Positions 1 to 13,400 of a stretch of 64,000 nt of DNA are shown here, piece by piece. The position numbers and the translations under genes are program-made. Numbering within the stretch: position 1 is the first letter of the stretch; every line of letters starts with the position of its first letter. Below the pieces are notes generated by a model. It was not told where the DNA came from. It was given only the letters and a program-made list of their open reading frames with translations, and ran no database searches. The stretch covers positions 62,001 through 126,000 of the forward strand of contig MNCI01002402.1 in NCBI GenBank assembly GCA_015680685.1, written 5' to 3'. This stretch comes from Gnetum montanum. Its lineage: Eukaryota; Plantae; Gnetophyta.

Positions 1-885
1 GCACCTCATTACGTGTTCATCGGGTGTTCGTTGGAACTGTTGATGTTATACTTTCATCAACAATGTCCTCCACATTTCCTTACTGAAATAAATTCCATAC
101 CTGAATTACGAAGAAAGCCATTAATGAAGCTTTTTGCAGATGGACTGATGCATAAAGACTGGATATTACCTTAGTTAAGATGTTGTGTCCACTTGATATG
201 TCAAAGTCTCCATTCTTTATTCCACTGATGACTTCCAAGATAACAATACCAAAGCTATACACATCTTCTTTGGTTGATAATTGACCTTTGATTGCATATT
301 CAGGTATCCACCGACAAAAAGAAATTTAGAAATTGATGTCAATTTATAAAAAATGAATCAGTAACTTAAAATCTACATAGTTTTTCATTGTAGTATCAAA
401 CTCGTTCCAGCAACTTTGGTTTGAATTTTTGTTACATCTTTAGTAAATAGCTTTGCTAAACCAAATCTGCAATTTTGGGGTTAAATTTATCGTCCAATAA
501 AATATTTGCTGCCTTGATATCCCTGTGAATGACTTTAAGCTTAGAATATTCATGGAAATATAGAAGACCTTTAGCAACACCAACGATTATGTGGAAATGC
601 TTTGGCCAATTGAGATAAATTTTCTTGGTTGAATCTATCACACAAAGCATAAAAAACATCACATAAATGAGTTGATAAGAACAACATGCCATAAAAATTC
701 CATGAAATGAAAATGGACCTTACCAAAAATAATTTTATCAAGGCTTCCATTGGAGAGATATTCATAAACAAGGAACCTTTGAGGGCCATCCACACAACAA
801 CCCAAAAGGATCACAAGATTTCTATGCCGAATCTGGATGAGAAGCTTGATTTCATTCCGGAATTCTTTTTTTCCTTGTGAGGATC
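1..885 (-). pseudogene. Receptor-like kinase (CRK/DUF26- or S-domain-type) kinase-domain pseudogene, 5'-truncated
   Basis: Exons read SSQGKKEFRNEIKLLIQIRHRNLVILLGCCVDGPQRFLVYEYLSNGSLDKIIF (724-885), [54 protein letters not shown] (402-634), [28 protein letters not shown] (170-310), VWNLF* (1-100). Short introns at typical CRK positions; frameshift at DFG, mutated acceptor near 312, in-frame stop. Confidence 0.9.
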
Positions 886-1950
886 TAGTTGTTGTAATCC
901 AAGAGACTTCTAATATAGTCCTGAAGGATTGAACTTCTATGGATCTTTGAGGAGGATGAGACATCTTGGTTTCTTCTTGACCTTCTACTACCCTTGTGTC
1001 TTTGCTTAGTAGTATGCCAATGGTTCCTGATTCCATTTTTTGTTCTACCTAGTACATGCTTAGCAATCTTAGCCCATCTATTGCAGAGATCCATGTGGGC
1101 CNATGCTTAGCAATCTTAGCCCATCTATTGCAGAGATCCATGTGGGCCTATACCAACATCCTCTCCTCCTCTTTTATTCATATATCCTTCTGCATGAATC
1201 AACAAATATCAATGATCCATGATCTAGATCAAGTGATGAATAGCAAAGTAAATTCTTTTTTGTGAAAGAAAGAAATAAAGCAAAATGTAACTAAAAACCT
1301 TAATGTCTAATCATGGATGATTGTGCCATATTTCTCTACACTATTTTCCTACCTAGTGCAAAAGCATTTGAGCAATGTGCAACTATTTTTTAACTCCATA
1401 TTTCTACACTAGTCTCAACAATAACCTATCCACACACTGCAACAACCATACAAACCATGCGATATCATTTATCCTTCTATGTAAGTTTGCAACTGGGCAA
1501 CTATGCTTTGAAAGATGTTAAATGAAATTCTTCCAATAATGTGAAATATCAAAACCAACAATCTAAAAAGCTACAAAACCTAGAAGTAATAAGGTACTTG
1601 TTATATACTTGTCCTCTTCATCTATCCATTGACCCTTGATGATGTTGGCTTTCTTAAGCTGGCCTACTATGGAGGCTCTGTGTTTTACTTCCTTTATGAA
1701 TATAGTGCTTCTTGATGTTCAACAGTTACTGTTGTGAGTCTCTATGATGCTTCTCATGGTAGAAGCAGTGATGGAGTTGGTAATGCCACACAAATCCTAG
1801 GCAGTTGGGACTATAGTTGTTGTTTACAGCCCTGGAAGCTACTAGGGAAAGAGCAGGTTGTGAGAGTTTATGTGAGGCTGAGGCTGCTGCTATTACTATT
1901 ATTCTTGGTTAAGCTGTAGCTAATAATCTAGAAACCTTGAAGCATGAATA
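886..1950 (-). pseudogene. R2R3-MYB pseudogene, MYB98/64/119-like (subgroup 25), copy 1
   Basis: Exon 1 ends GQLKKANIIKGQWIDEEDK (donor 1608); exon 2 1299-1425 LLLRLV*KYGVKK*LHIAQML..VGK*CREIWHNHP*LDIK; exon 3 (<=1189) [46 protein letters not shown]...SSILQDYIRSL, the LQDYI motif typical of this subgroup. Multiple stops. Confidence 0.88.
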
Positions 1951-1951
1951 G

Positions 1952-3633
1952 TGATGAGACGCGAATTGCACAAGTCGTGATATCGTGTACGCGATATCAC
2001 ATCCCCTGCGATATCATGTCGTTCCCTGCGATATCGCGGTCTGCTGCCAAATCTATAAATAAGAGGTGGCACTCCCCTCATTTCTCATTGTAGGCGTAAA
2101 GTAGCAAAGCTCTGGTGGATTGATCACCCGAGAGATAGAATATTTTCCATGTGCTCGCAGTAGGAGTCTCCCAAGTGAACGGTTCTTTATTTGAGCATCT
2201 TTGTACCTGAACGCAAGTTGTGTACAGCAATAAAGATGAGCTTTGTGGATAAACCTTGCAGTATATGGATAGGTTTATTTAGTGTTATTTATTGCTTTCC
2301 TAGTAACGCGACATAAGTACGACTTGGTTACGAGCATTGACGAATGTGTACGGCTAGCCAAGGAATTGGCTACTCATCGCGATTAGATTCTCTCACCCTT
2401 ACCTCCTAGAACNNNNNNNNNNNNNNNNNNNNNNNNNNNNNNNNNNNNNNNNNNNNNNNNNNNNNNNNNNNNNNNNNNNNNNNNNNNNNNNNNNNNNNNN
2501 NNNNNNNNNNNNNNNNNNNNNNNNNNNNNNNNNNNNNNNNNNNNNNNNNNNNNNNNNNNNNNNNNNNNNNNNNNNNNNNNNNNNNNNNNNNNNNNNNNNN
2601 NNNNNNNNNNNNNNNNNNNNNNNNNNNNNNNNNNNNNNNNNNNNNNNNNNNNNNNNNNNNNNNNNNNNNNNNNNNNNNNNNNNNNNNNNNNNNNNNNNNN
2701 NNNNNNNNNNNNNNNNNNNNNNNNNNNNNNNNNNNNNNNNNNNNNNNNNNNNNNNNNNNNNNNNNNNNNNNNNNNNNNNNNNNNNNNNNNNNNNNNNNNN
2801 NNNNNNNNNNNNNNNNNNNNNNNNNNNNNNNNNNNNNNNNNNNNNNNNNNNNNNNNNNNNNNNNNNNNNNNNNNNNNNNNNNNNNNNNNNNNNNNNNNNN
2901 NNNNNNNNNNNNNNNNNNNNNNNNNNNNNNNNNNNNNNNNNNNNNNNNNNNNNNNNNNNNNNNNNNNNNNNNNNNNNNNNNNNNNNNNNNNNNNNNNNNN
3001 NNNNNNNNNNNNNNNNNNNNNNNNNNNNNNNNNNNNNNNNNNNNNNNNNNNNNNNNNNNNNNNNNNNNNNNNNNNNNNNNNNNNNNNNNNNNNNNNNNNN
3101 NNNNNNNGAACTATTTGCGGAATATGTTCTGGATAACTTTGACATAAGGGATTATCATCCCATAGATGCCCAACGTATTCGGGACTTAAGGTAGGAGAGC
3201 CAACATTCATTGTTGAAAGGCAAGGTCCCCCATGTCATTAGTGAAATAGGAGACGAGGAACCCCTCACCATGGGTTTCCTAGAAAATGATGTTCATCCTC
3301 CTCACAATGGTGAAGAGGTTAGACATCAGGGCCTTTGATCAACTGTACATGCTACAGGCTCTGATCCCCGTGAGCACCAACTATTCATGGTAGGAACAAC
3401 CACTCACACTAAGGACAGACACTTAGATCATTACAACGATCGAGGCTGAAGTAGCCAAAAAGAAGGTAAGAAACATCACCACGGTGATGGATCCCCTTCC
3501 TCTTCTCCTTCATCTCATCATTCACACTCTCCTTTCACATCTGGGTGCAGCCATCGTGAGCACAACGGAGAGGGTAAAAGTAAAAAGGAAGATGAAAGAC
3601 CTCGACAGGAAGGTCGAGAGGAGTTAGGACAAG
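1952..3633 (+). mobile_element. Truncated LTR retrotransposon remnant (Athila-like LTR start plus internal sequence), spans N gap 2413-3107
   Basis: Starts TGATGAG like the other Athila-like LTR termini here; GATATC-rich block, CTATAAATA near 2053, GCTACTCATCGC..GATTAGATT motif shared with 11670-11700. Confidence 0.5.
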
Positions 3634-5699
3634 GGCAAGGGAACTCTGAAATTTTCTTGAGATTCAAAATTGAATTCAATTCACATTGCAAGGAACAACA
3701 AAAAATGTATCAGATCTTGGGAGAAGATAATCATGCTACCCAACAAACTAAGTGTTTCTATGCATCTGATTCTACGCTGATTGCATTAGTATTTTTGTCG
3801 TTGTTTTGTCGAAATTTTGTTAGGAATCTTCTGCATATGATACCAAATGGGAACAGCAAAAATGGAAACACAAACGATATTTAATCTTCATAGTATGAGT
3901 TGGGGCTTGACTCTGCAGCCATACTCTAGAAATCCTGCAAAGTTTGCTGCTGCATACATTGCTCTGCTCAAATCCTAGGCCTAGATTTGCCATCTCTATT
4001 TATACATCAATATCCATGGCCTCTATCTTAGTATCCATGGCATCTTCCTCAACCTTTTACATCTATTTCCATCCCATCAATCTCCTGCTCTATCTCCATC
4101 TACTCATACTACATTTCTATCTCTATGCCTATATCCATTTCTTCATACTCCATTGTAATCTAACATTTCCAAATCCTCCATTTGATTTCTTTTAAGTTCT
4201 TGGAAAGCCTTACGCAACCTGTATTTAAACGAATAAGAATATCTTGAGGCAAATAAAGGAAGTTACAAAAAAATTACAGTTAGAAAAAAAAAAAGAAAAT
4301 TATAAGGTAGAAAAAAGAAGTTGCCAAACAATTAAAATAGAAGAAATAAAAAGTTACCAAGAAATTTGAGCCTTATAGGTAAGATTAATGTGTGTAAAAT
4401 ACGATGGTTGCATATGTTCCTCCAAATGGTTTCTTTCTAAGTTGTATCTGGGATAGGATTAGTTACCTTGTCCAAGAGTTTGAACAAGTTCAGTCCAGGA
4501 TTGGAAATCCTTTCTAAAACTGAATTTTTACTTTGGCACAACACACAAGTTTTAGAATTTCCTATTGGAAGAAATTTTTTCATTTACTCTCTTCTCAGTC
4601 CAATAACGCTGACGGAACAATCTAACATTAATTATTCCCAAGTGTCCTCTCAATATACATTAAAATTTACAACCCTGCAATAACTTTAGGTTCACATTTC
4701 ACATGTTGGAATTACCAAGTTAAGTCTGCCTAAGTCTTCTATTTGAAATTTGGAAGTAGAGGAATAATATTCCTCGTAAATAACATTTTGCATCTCCCAT
4801 TCAACCTTATTTTCAACCTTGCTATCTTTTCACCATGACATTTCTACACTTCTCCTGATTTTTTTGTCATTTTTACTGTATATTTAGAATGTGAAAACCT
4901 AGCCTTTATGCTTAAAAATTGGAGCAGTTGTGTTTTCTATTTTATTGTAACTGATCTTGATTGACCCTAACGATTGTAACGTAATTGATCTTGATTTCTT
5001 TGTTATAATAAAAATTAAGCAAAAGAAAGTATTGTGTTGAAACCTCAAACTATCCACTGTATAAGCTTTAGTTTCATTGTATGAAATCTAACAGACCAGC
5101 TGAATAATTTCACTATACCCTTTGTGCTCATGGATGTCTAGATTTTGTCCTTTGTTTAGTTTCCCTTATAATTGTTTTGACTGGATTAATAAACCAAACC
5201 CAATGGTGCAATGCTGGTAGTTTCACGTCGAGGAACTCAATTTATTGATTGCTAGATGGAGGACCTATTCAAGCAATTCGACAATCATTGTTACAAGGTT
5301 TTTTTTATTCAATGAACAATATTTGCTTCCTCTACCTATGGCAAATCCAAATTCTGCATCACACATCCAAACCGAGCAATCTAATCAGGCATTGTAAATC
5401 TAGAATGCTTTGAATCTCAGGATCTACACAGACAATCTCATTAACACTTCAAAATGGCACTCTAGAATTCAGATGCAGAGCTAAGAAAATGAGAATAATT
5501 AGCAATGTACCTTATTAGAACATAGTTGTCAATGGCAAGAAGACGATCTCATGCAGAGAGAACTGCAGCACATGTCTGCAATTGTGAAGAGGGCAGTTCA
5601 TGACCTTAAGTTTATATTTACAAAAGAAAGAAATCCTGGCTAAATCTCCTGCATCGGCTGCCTTATTTTTTAACTGATAATTTCTTAGAGTAATTAGAT

Positions 5700-5930
5700 T
5701 TTCCTTCTCTATTTAGTCCTGGTGCCATGGGTCAGACTCCAAATCGTTGTGCTCCAAAATCCCCAGCTGTGTTTCTGCCCAAAAAGAATGATGCCGGTCA
5801 TCCTCACGTCAGTCTCAGGGCCATAACGCTTGCACAGAACTTCCGGAGCTATGCTGCATAGGTTACCCACAACGTCCGTAAATATGTGGCCAAAGAAAAT
5901 GGAAAGGCCAAAATTGATGCTTGAAATCAT
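5700..5930 (-). pseudogene. Calcium-dependent protein kinase (CPK) kinase-domain fragment, intronless, copy 1
   Basis: SINFGLSIFF-GHIFTDVVGNLCSIAPEVLCKRYGPETDV..TGII then FWAETQLGI..DLESDPW matches CPK consensus [64 protein letters not shown]; internal deletions. Confidence 0.85.
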
Positions 5931-8900
5931 GTGTACTTTCCTCTTCTCCTCCGACTACCACAGAGGGACAGAAAATCAAGTGAACCGAAAACTAAGTAAA
6001 GGGTCTAATTCAAATCAAAGAAATCGGAAATACTGCTATATTGTAACAACAAGCTGAACTGAGCATCCAGACCTAATACAAATTAGAAATGTTGCTATAT
6101 TGTATAAGCCAGTTGAAGAAGAAAGCCTCCGTGGAAGGTATAACTAAATATGCTTCCTACATAAACAAGGAAAGTTCCATGAACAAGAAAAGTTCTGAAA
6201 ATGATTTGACTTTTTAATGCATGAATGGCGCTGTTGCAATGATGATATTGGCTGCCATTTCAGCATGGCTGCTGCTTGCTTGTTGCAGAGATGGGCAAAG
6301 ATCAATGGCTCTGACCACGCTGTGCTGTGGTTTCAAACCGATAAATTCTTTTGTTAAAAACAAGGGATAAACTCTACTCATTTTTCTGTTCAAGTCTCTG
6401 AAATAAAATATAGTTGTACGTTAATATATATCCTAAAATTCATAGGGTATATATGATACATATTTTAGGAGGGTAAATATTAAATTTATGTTTACTTAGA
6501 ATTTATTTTCTTTTCATTTTTGAAAGATATTTATGGAGCTTGTAAGTGCCATTTTTGAAGGAAACCTATAATGTGTTGTTACAATTCTCAGGTTACACTT
6601 GAAGTATGCATTCTAAATAAGTATAATAAGTCACTAGTAAGTAAAACTTGATGAAATATCATTTCCTATGTAAATTCAATAATTATTATGAATATGTATT
6701 TGATTAAGTTCCTTGATGTAATTTGCATTGTTTTCTTGCCTTGTAATTATTAAGCTTTTGGTTGTTGCTTTGTGTTTGAGAATGTTATAGCTCATATAAT
6801 AAGAAATCTCAATGTCATGAAAAACTTCCAAAACTCCAAAATGAAATTTGGAGATTCTTGTAATTAAAAAAATCATAGAGAAATATAATCATACCTAATG
6901 AAAATAGATCTTCAATTGTAATCAAATTGTGAAAATCATAGTCAATAAGTTGCAAATAGATATGTGACATGATGAGAATATGCAGATTACACAAAAATAA
7001 GAAACATCAAAAAAATAAATAAATATAAATTAGTTATAAATGATGATTGCAATCTAACAAGAAATCAGTTATATATGTAACTAGTTTAGCACTATATTTA
7101 TAATATATATCTATTATTTATCCAAGAGAATCTTTTATATTTTTCTAATTAATAAAATCTCAAGTTATTTCACTTAAAACTTATTCTCATTTTGAATAAA
7201 AAAATCAAAACCAATGTACTTTATCCAAAATAATAATTCCATGAAAAAGTTATCTCTTAGTCAAGATCATTACAATAACTATTTATCTATGTTGACAAAG
7301 TCCAATTGGCTAGTAATTGGCTCTATTGACCAGTAATTAGTCCTCACCGCTAAGAGAATAAAATTATTAAATTATTTTACCACACCTGAAGAGGACTCCC
7401 TTCGAGGGGGTTGGTAATTGGCCTCTCATTCAAAATAAAAATTAAATCTTCAAGCTAAACAAAATTGCAAAAATTGTATGTCAATATGCTATACAAAAAT
7501 TCATAGAGTTATAGATATCATAGTTGAATTTGTNNNNNNNNNNNNNNNNNNNNNNNNNNNNNNNNNNNNNNNNNNNNNNNNNNNNNNNNNNNNNNNNNNN
7601 NNCCAAAAAAATGTAATAAAAATGGGATAGGAATAAGCAAAATTAGGAAATAAATAGATACAGTAGAACTTTGGTTGTTGTTCTTTCTTTATTTTTTCAA
7701 TGATAAAATTTAATTCTAGTGGAAATTCAAAAATAGAATTTAGTGCAATGGTTGAGAATTATCAAAAAATAACGTATTAAATTATTATGAATTTTAATTA
7801 ATTATAGATTGTACAATTAGTTGTGGATTTCACAAACTATGAGCGATTTTTGATAAGGAAAAAACTCAAACATGAAGTAGTTGGTAAGACTTGAGGAGCT
7901 AAAAACCATTTGAAATGATCTTTTTTTCTCTCTAATTTCTATACAAAAAATTTATTTAAAATGTGAATAACAATTTAAATGCTCCTTTTTCTACTTGGTT
8001 TCTATGTTAAATAAAAATTCATTTTTACCTTGCTGGACGCATCAACCATAATTCTCTTTCTTAAATTAGTTAGTAAGCAATATCCTTTTCTTAAGTAACA
8101 TTGGGTAAAAAAATCAATTTAAATGATATTACACAAGAGGGGTTAAAGGGAAAAACTAGGAAATATTTTTTTGGATTGCCAAAAAAGGTGACCACAATTT
8201 ACCTTGCTTTAGAATATTATTATAGATAATGTGGACTTAACCATGAATAAGTAGAAGTCTAAGATTCGTTTCCTATGTACCAATACTTCACTTAGTATTC
8301 CATTAGGTATCCATTGCACATTAATATTAGATCCTTGTAATAATATCTACTTGAAACTTCTTATTCATTGTTGATATTCTGATAACATCACATCATTTCA
8401 TCTCTTGGAAATACAATTGTAAAGCTATCAATCTTGGAAGAAGCATTATCACTTAGCGTATTGTCCAAGAGAGGAGTTTTATTCATGGCACTTTATTTTT
8501 ATTATTATTTATGAGAAGTTGTCTACCTTCAAGCATGGGTAGCATGTCTTTCCTGTGGGATCCCCAAAAAGTTATTATGTGCTTTTTTATTTTTATTGTA
8601 TGTCAACAATTTAAGGTAGCACTTATTGAACTCTTACTCCCATTTTTCGTTAGATCTATAAGGATATAATACAACCTTAACAATAGGATAGAACCTAAAA
8701 TAGTAGTCCAGAAGAATCCACAAATTCCCTTAATGCCACACCTTTTCATTCTCCTTTGGTTTTTCACTTTTCTATCCAAGCATAATGATCATAGGTTTAT
8801 TCTTAATTTTATGATGGAAAGAATATCATTATGGTAATGCTAAGAACCTCTTATTAATGGAATGGATGGATGGATGGTGTGGTCCCATTGTATAGATAAT

Positions 8901-9169
8901 CAGTCCCTTATGATTGATAACATACAGAAATCTTCACCTTATTGGACTACATCTTGCCTTATTCTTGGCATGTTTTATTAGTAGTCAAAAATATTTACAA
9001 AGAAAAATGAATATAGAGTATGAAAAAGATAAAAAAGATAGTAAAAATGGAAAAATATGAAAAAAATGAAAATATCATCAAATAATAGAAAAACGTTAAA
9101 GAATTAAGAAATTATTAAGAAATTGAAAAGTATAAAAAAAGAAAAAAAATGGGTCTCTCTCATTTGGTT

Positions 9170-11968
9170 ACGAAGTCCATCTATGATGTGGAAAAGCTAA
9201 TCTTTTTAAGAGAAATCATGACCTAGACATCTATGTAGTAGTAAATAGTATCTATCCAAGGCCACATCCAAGGATTTTATGTTTTTCTTACCTCCATCCT
9301 TGGATATGTTTTCTGAAGTTGAACACTCTTGATAGGTTTGGTATTTCTCATTGAACAGTTCTAGCATTGTGGACCATCGATGGATTAAATCTAGTTCCAA
9401 CAATCCATACCAACTTTTAGCTTCATCAACTAGTATTCTAGGAAAGAGCTTAAGCTTTTGCCACTTACTCTCGATGTTCTACAAGGCACAAGCATCATGA
9501 AAGGCTTGTAAGTGAGGTTATGAATCAAAGTTATAACCTCCCTTAAATTTAGGGATGTTATTCACGTCTAGCCTTTTAATGAAACTTTCCCTTTGTTGCT
9601 TGTGAGGTATTCTAACTACCTCCATTAACCATCTCATGCTCCTAGTAGCCAACAAGGATTCATCATCATCAGACATGTCATGGTGATCATTTCTATTTCT
9701 GTTGGTTTGATTATGATGATCATGTCTATGTTCACTTTGACGATCTCATCTATTTCTATTTCTATCTTCATCTTGACCCTTTAGTGTATCACTATCTCTA
9801 TACCTACATTCATCTTCATCAAAATTAGACGTTGAAGAGGAAGAGAAATATGGGGAACTTGGAAGATTACCATGGCTCCTATATCTCCCCCTTCTTTCCC
9901 TTGATTTATCTCTTCTAGGTTTGGAGGAGGTCCTTGGCCTTGAAGCTCTTCTTGTTCTAAGACGTACTCCATCTCCTCTAAGATTGTCTACATTAGTTGA
10001 ATGTGGTATTTGAGTGCAATAAAGATCTAAATGAGAATATGAATTCCTTGCTTATGATTGTTCTCTCTAGTTGTCTAAAATATATATCTTGTCATTTCTC
10101 CTAATAATATTTTCATGATATGATGTATTATCAGTCCTATATGAAGAAAAAATGCTTTTATTTGATAACATGTGTGACTTATAATATTAATATTTTCTAA
10201 AAGATAGGTCGTTAATACATTTACAGTGATTGTTTATGATATAACTAATCTAGATGACTAGCACCATCCCCAGCAATGGTGCCAATGATGAGTGGCAAGT
10301 GCCCCCTAGACCCAACCATATGAATCATAAACATTCACACATGATCTAGTCGAATTTCATGGATGGAACTAGCTATGGCATCTAGATTGTTAAGCATTGA
10401 TCATAGGACATTGTCTTTCCACTTGGACTAGTGGCAGCTTTGTCATGTATGGTTTAGTCCAAAACGAGGCATATGATAATTGATATTGTTAGGCCTTGAT
10501 TACTTCTGGCGATAAACATAATTGAGAATGAAATTTAATTCTAAGTCTAAGTAATGATAATAATGTAAATCTACTCTAGCCTGGACTGATGAACATTCAT
10601 TCCTATCTTACCATACACATCTTGGACTCATGTAACCGTTATTAGATTACTAAGCATTATGCTACTCGGCAAACCAAGCAATAACACTACTGGGATTACC
10701 AAATGATTATTCTTAAACATTCAAAACTAGTTGTACTCGTTCTACTTTACTAATGAATAAAAGAGTAAAGTACTTGGAAATGTAAATGATTAAACTAAGA
10801 AAATAGTAAAAATTATGCTAAGCAAAATAGTAAAACTAAGTGGATGCTACAATGATGAAAAATAATCTTAATCTGTATTTCCAACCATGAACTGTGCCCA
10901 AGTACACTTGACTCAAATAAAGATTTTATACAATTGCATTACACCACACTGCAGGCATTTAGTTTATTTCTAAAGCTACAAAAAAAATGCATAAGTCTAT
11001 CTAAGGATGGAATAAAAAGTTATCTAGATCCGTGAGGCTAGTTGTTGTATTTATAGGTGGCACACTTCCCACAATTTTTGGATCTATGATGATGTAGCTT
11101 GTGCTATGATATCATATATATGACATTATAGGTACAATATCATAGTTACAATATAACTGGTCATGAAAAATATGACTTTATCAAATAGATGTGACGTAGC
11201 ATCTACGATATCTCAACTAATTGATCGGTGTGCATGCCAGCCTATAAAAGTAGCACTTACGCACAAAGACCAAGGAAGATTAGTTAACATAGTAATAGAA
11301 CTCTTTTAGTTTGTCTTCGTGATTTCAGTACTTAGTAATGTGTGCTTACAATGTGATGTTAAGTGATTAACCAGAGTCTTCATTCAAGTGTGATGTACTT
11401 GGACACATTGCATGCCTACAAATAAAGATTGAGATTACTTTTCATCATTGTAGAAAAACTTAGTTTTATTTTTGTTTTTATTTAGTTTAATGTTTACTAC
11501 ACTTTACCATTATTGTTGTTGAGTAGAATGAGTACAACTAATCTCAAATATGTAAGTGTAGCTACTTGATAACCTAGTAGTACTATCACTTGGTACACCT
11601 AGTAGTGAAGTACTTGGTAATTCTAGTAATAGTTTCATGAAATCCAATGTGTGAATAGAATGATAGGACTAGCTACTCATCACATAGGATAGATTAGATT
11701 TGTTTAACTATCATTTACATTTAGAAACCTTTGCTTTTAGCTTATGTATAATAGGAGCACTTTAGCTCATACAACATCAATATCATATATCTCATCGTGA
11801 GTTAAACCATATGCATCAATTTTACTAACTTACATGGGAAGATATTGATTGTGAACTTTAACCAATTACTAGTATAATCACATTTCCTTGTCCACGATAT
11901 TCGATTGGGATTGTAATTGGATACTCATATCTCGTATGATTTGGTGTTGGATACGCCACCACTCATCA
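9170..11968 (-). mobile_element. Athila-like Ty3/gypsy remnant: LTR region 10286-11968, tRNA-Asp PBS, decayed gag
   Basis: TGATGAGTGG...CCACTCATCA termini. 10267-10284 reads TGGCACCATTGCTGGGGA on minus (cf. Athila PBS TGGCGCCGTTGCCGGGGA). Gag-like PKFKG..PHLQAFHDAC..AKSWYGLLELDLIHRWSTMLELFNEKY at ~9340-9560. Confidence 0.8.
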
Positions 11969-12099
11969 CCCTCCTACACTTAACTTGTGTAAAAATGATT
12001 ACTATATCATATTGCATTACTTAGATAAGCATAGAAAAATCAATACTTTTAGAAATAGCTTGCAAAGATGTTTGGTGTCTTACAAAAGTTTCATTGGTT

Positions 12100-13400
12100 C
12101 TAACACTTTACTTCAAACAAAAAATAAATTGGAGAACAATTTAATTCCAAACCTCTTAACTTTACCATAACCATGAATTTTTATTGTTTGATTTCTATAG
12201 CTTGTTTTAGCGAACTTGTCATATAAAACTGGGCCATTAAAAAATTATAGATTGAAAATAAATGCACTTTGATGCTTGTGATGGGAGAACAATATTTAAT
12301 TATTGAGATGTTGACATTAGTTCATAACCATGAATGTTCATGGTTTGATATTGGGCATACTATTTGATAACTCTACTATGCTTGTTTACCACATTAACAA
12401 TCTAAAAATGCTAAAGTACAAATGGTGTTCAAACATTAAACTATTGGTTGTAACGTCAACCCACGAGGAGGGTATACTATTTGTACATAAGTAAAAAAAA
12501 TTTCAATTTTGGTATGGAAAGTAGCTTTTGGCAAGAAGTAGAGCGCATCATATAAACAGGCACCCTTCCAGGAAGTTTACACATGCCAGAAACTTAAGGT
12601 AACTGTTTCTCTGACACCATATTCAAACAAATTAAATGCTCTTTCATGTATGAAATCGTAAAACAAAATTTAATCTCAGAGCTCTCAACTTTCACAAAAC
12701 CATGACATCTCAACTTTAACATGACTATTTGTTTGTTGTTTGAGCTGTCCAAGCAAGTTGTCATATTTGACCAAGCTGTTAAAAAAAAAAGATAACATTT
12801 TATCTTAGAGTATATTTCATATGGAAAATAAATGCACTTTGGTGCCTGAATTTGTATAACAAAATTGAATTCTTAACATTTCAACTTTAACCATAAAGAT
12901 GAATGGTGGTCGTTTGTTGATCCAGAACATAGAACTCAGATCCTAAATGTCTACTCATTAAAATGCTAAAAATGCCTGAGTAAGCACATATGGTGTTCAT
13001 CCATTAAACTATTTCTTCTAGTGGAAACCTAAAAGGAGGGTATACCATCCCCACATTGAAAAAAAGTTCCATTTTGTATAAAGAAAGTAGCTTTTGTTAA
13101 TAACACTCTCCTGATTGTCTACACATTAAAATCCTAAAAATGATTTAAGCATTGATGGTGTTTTAGTATATAACTTTTGCTTCTAACAGCAACCTAGAAG
13201 GAGAGTAAACTATTTGCATGCAATCAAAAAATATTCCATTTAAGGGTTTCTGCTCTTTACAATAACAATAGGAAAACACACCAGTTTCCATTTTTCACAA
13301 AGAAAGTAGCTTTTGGTAAGAGCTGGCATGCAATATATAAATAGAAACCCTTCCATAAAGTTTACACAAGTTAGAAACATATATGATAGCCAAACACTCA
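12100..13400. repeat. Old degenerate tandem repeat (also ~33250-34500)
   Basis: Recurring blocks AAAGTAGCTTTTG (~12518, 13084, 13303), ATGGTGTT..AACT..GGAGGGTATAC (~12422, 12990, 13155), GAAAATAAATGCACTTTG (~12254, 12824), ACCCTTCCA..AAGTTTACACA (~12562, 13347). Confidence 0.6.

Noticed and set aside
1056-1148. Exact 46-bp tandem duplication in MYB exon 3
   Set aside because: The copies are separated by a single N and the paralog at ~40498 has one copy: contig-overlap artefact.
2383-3210. Long ORFs of 275 and 248 aa
   Set aside because: Translations of the N gap.
4005-4175. CT-rich quasi-repeat with an 83-aa hydrophobic ORF
   Set aside because: Low-complexity sequence; the ORF is not retained in unit B.
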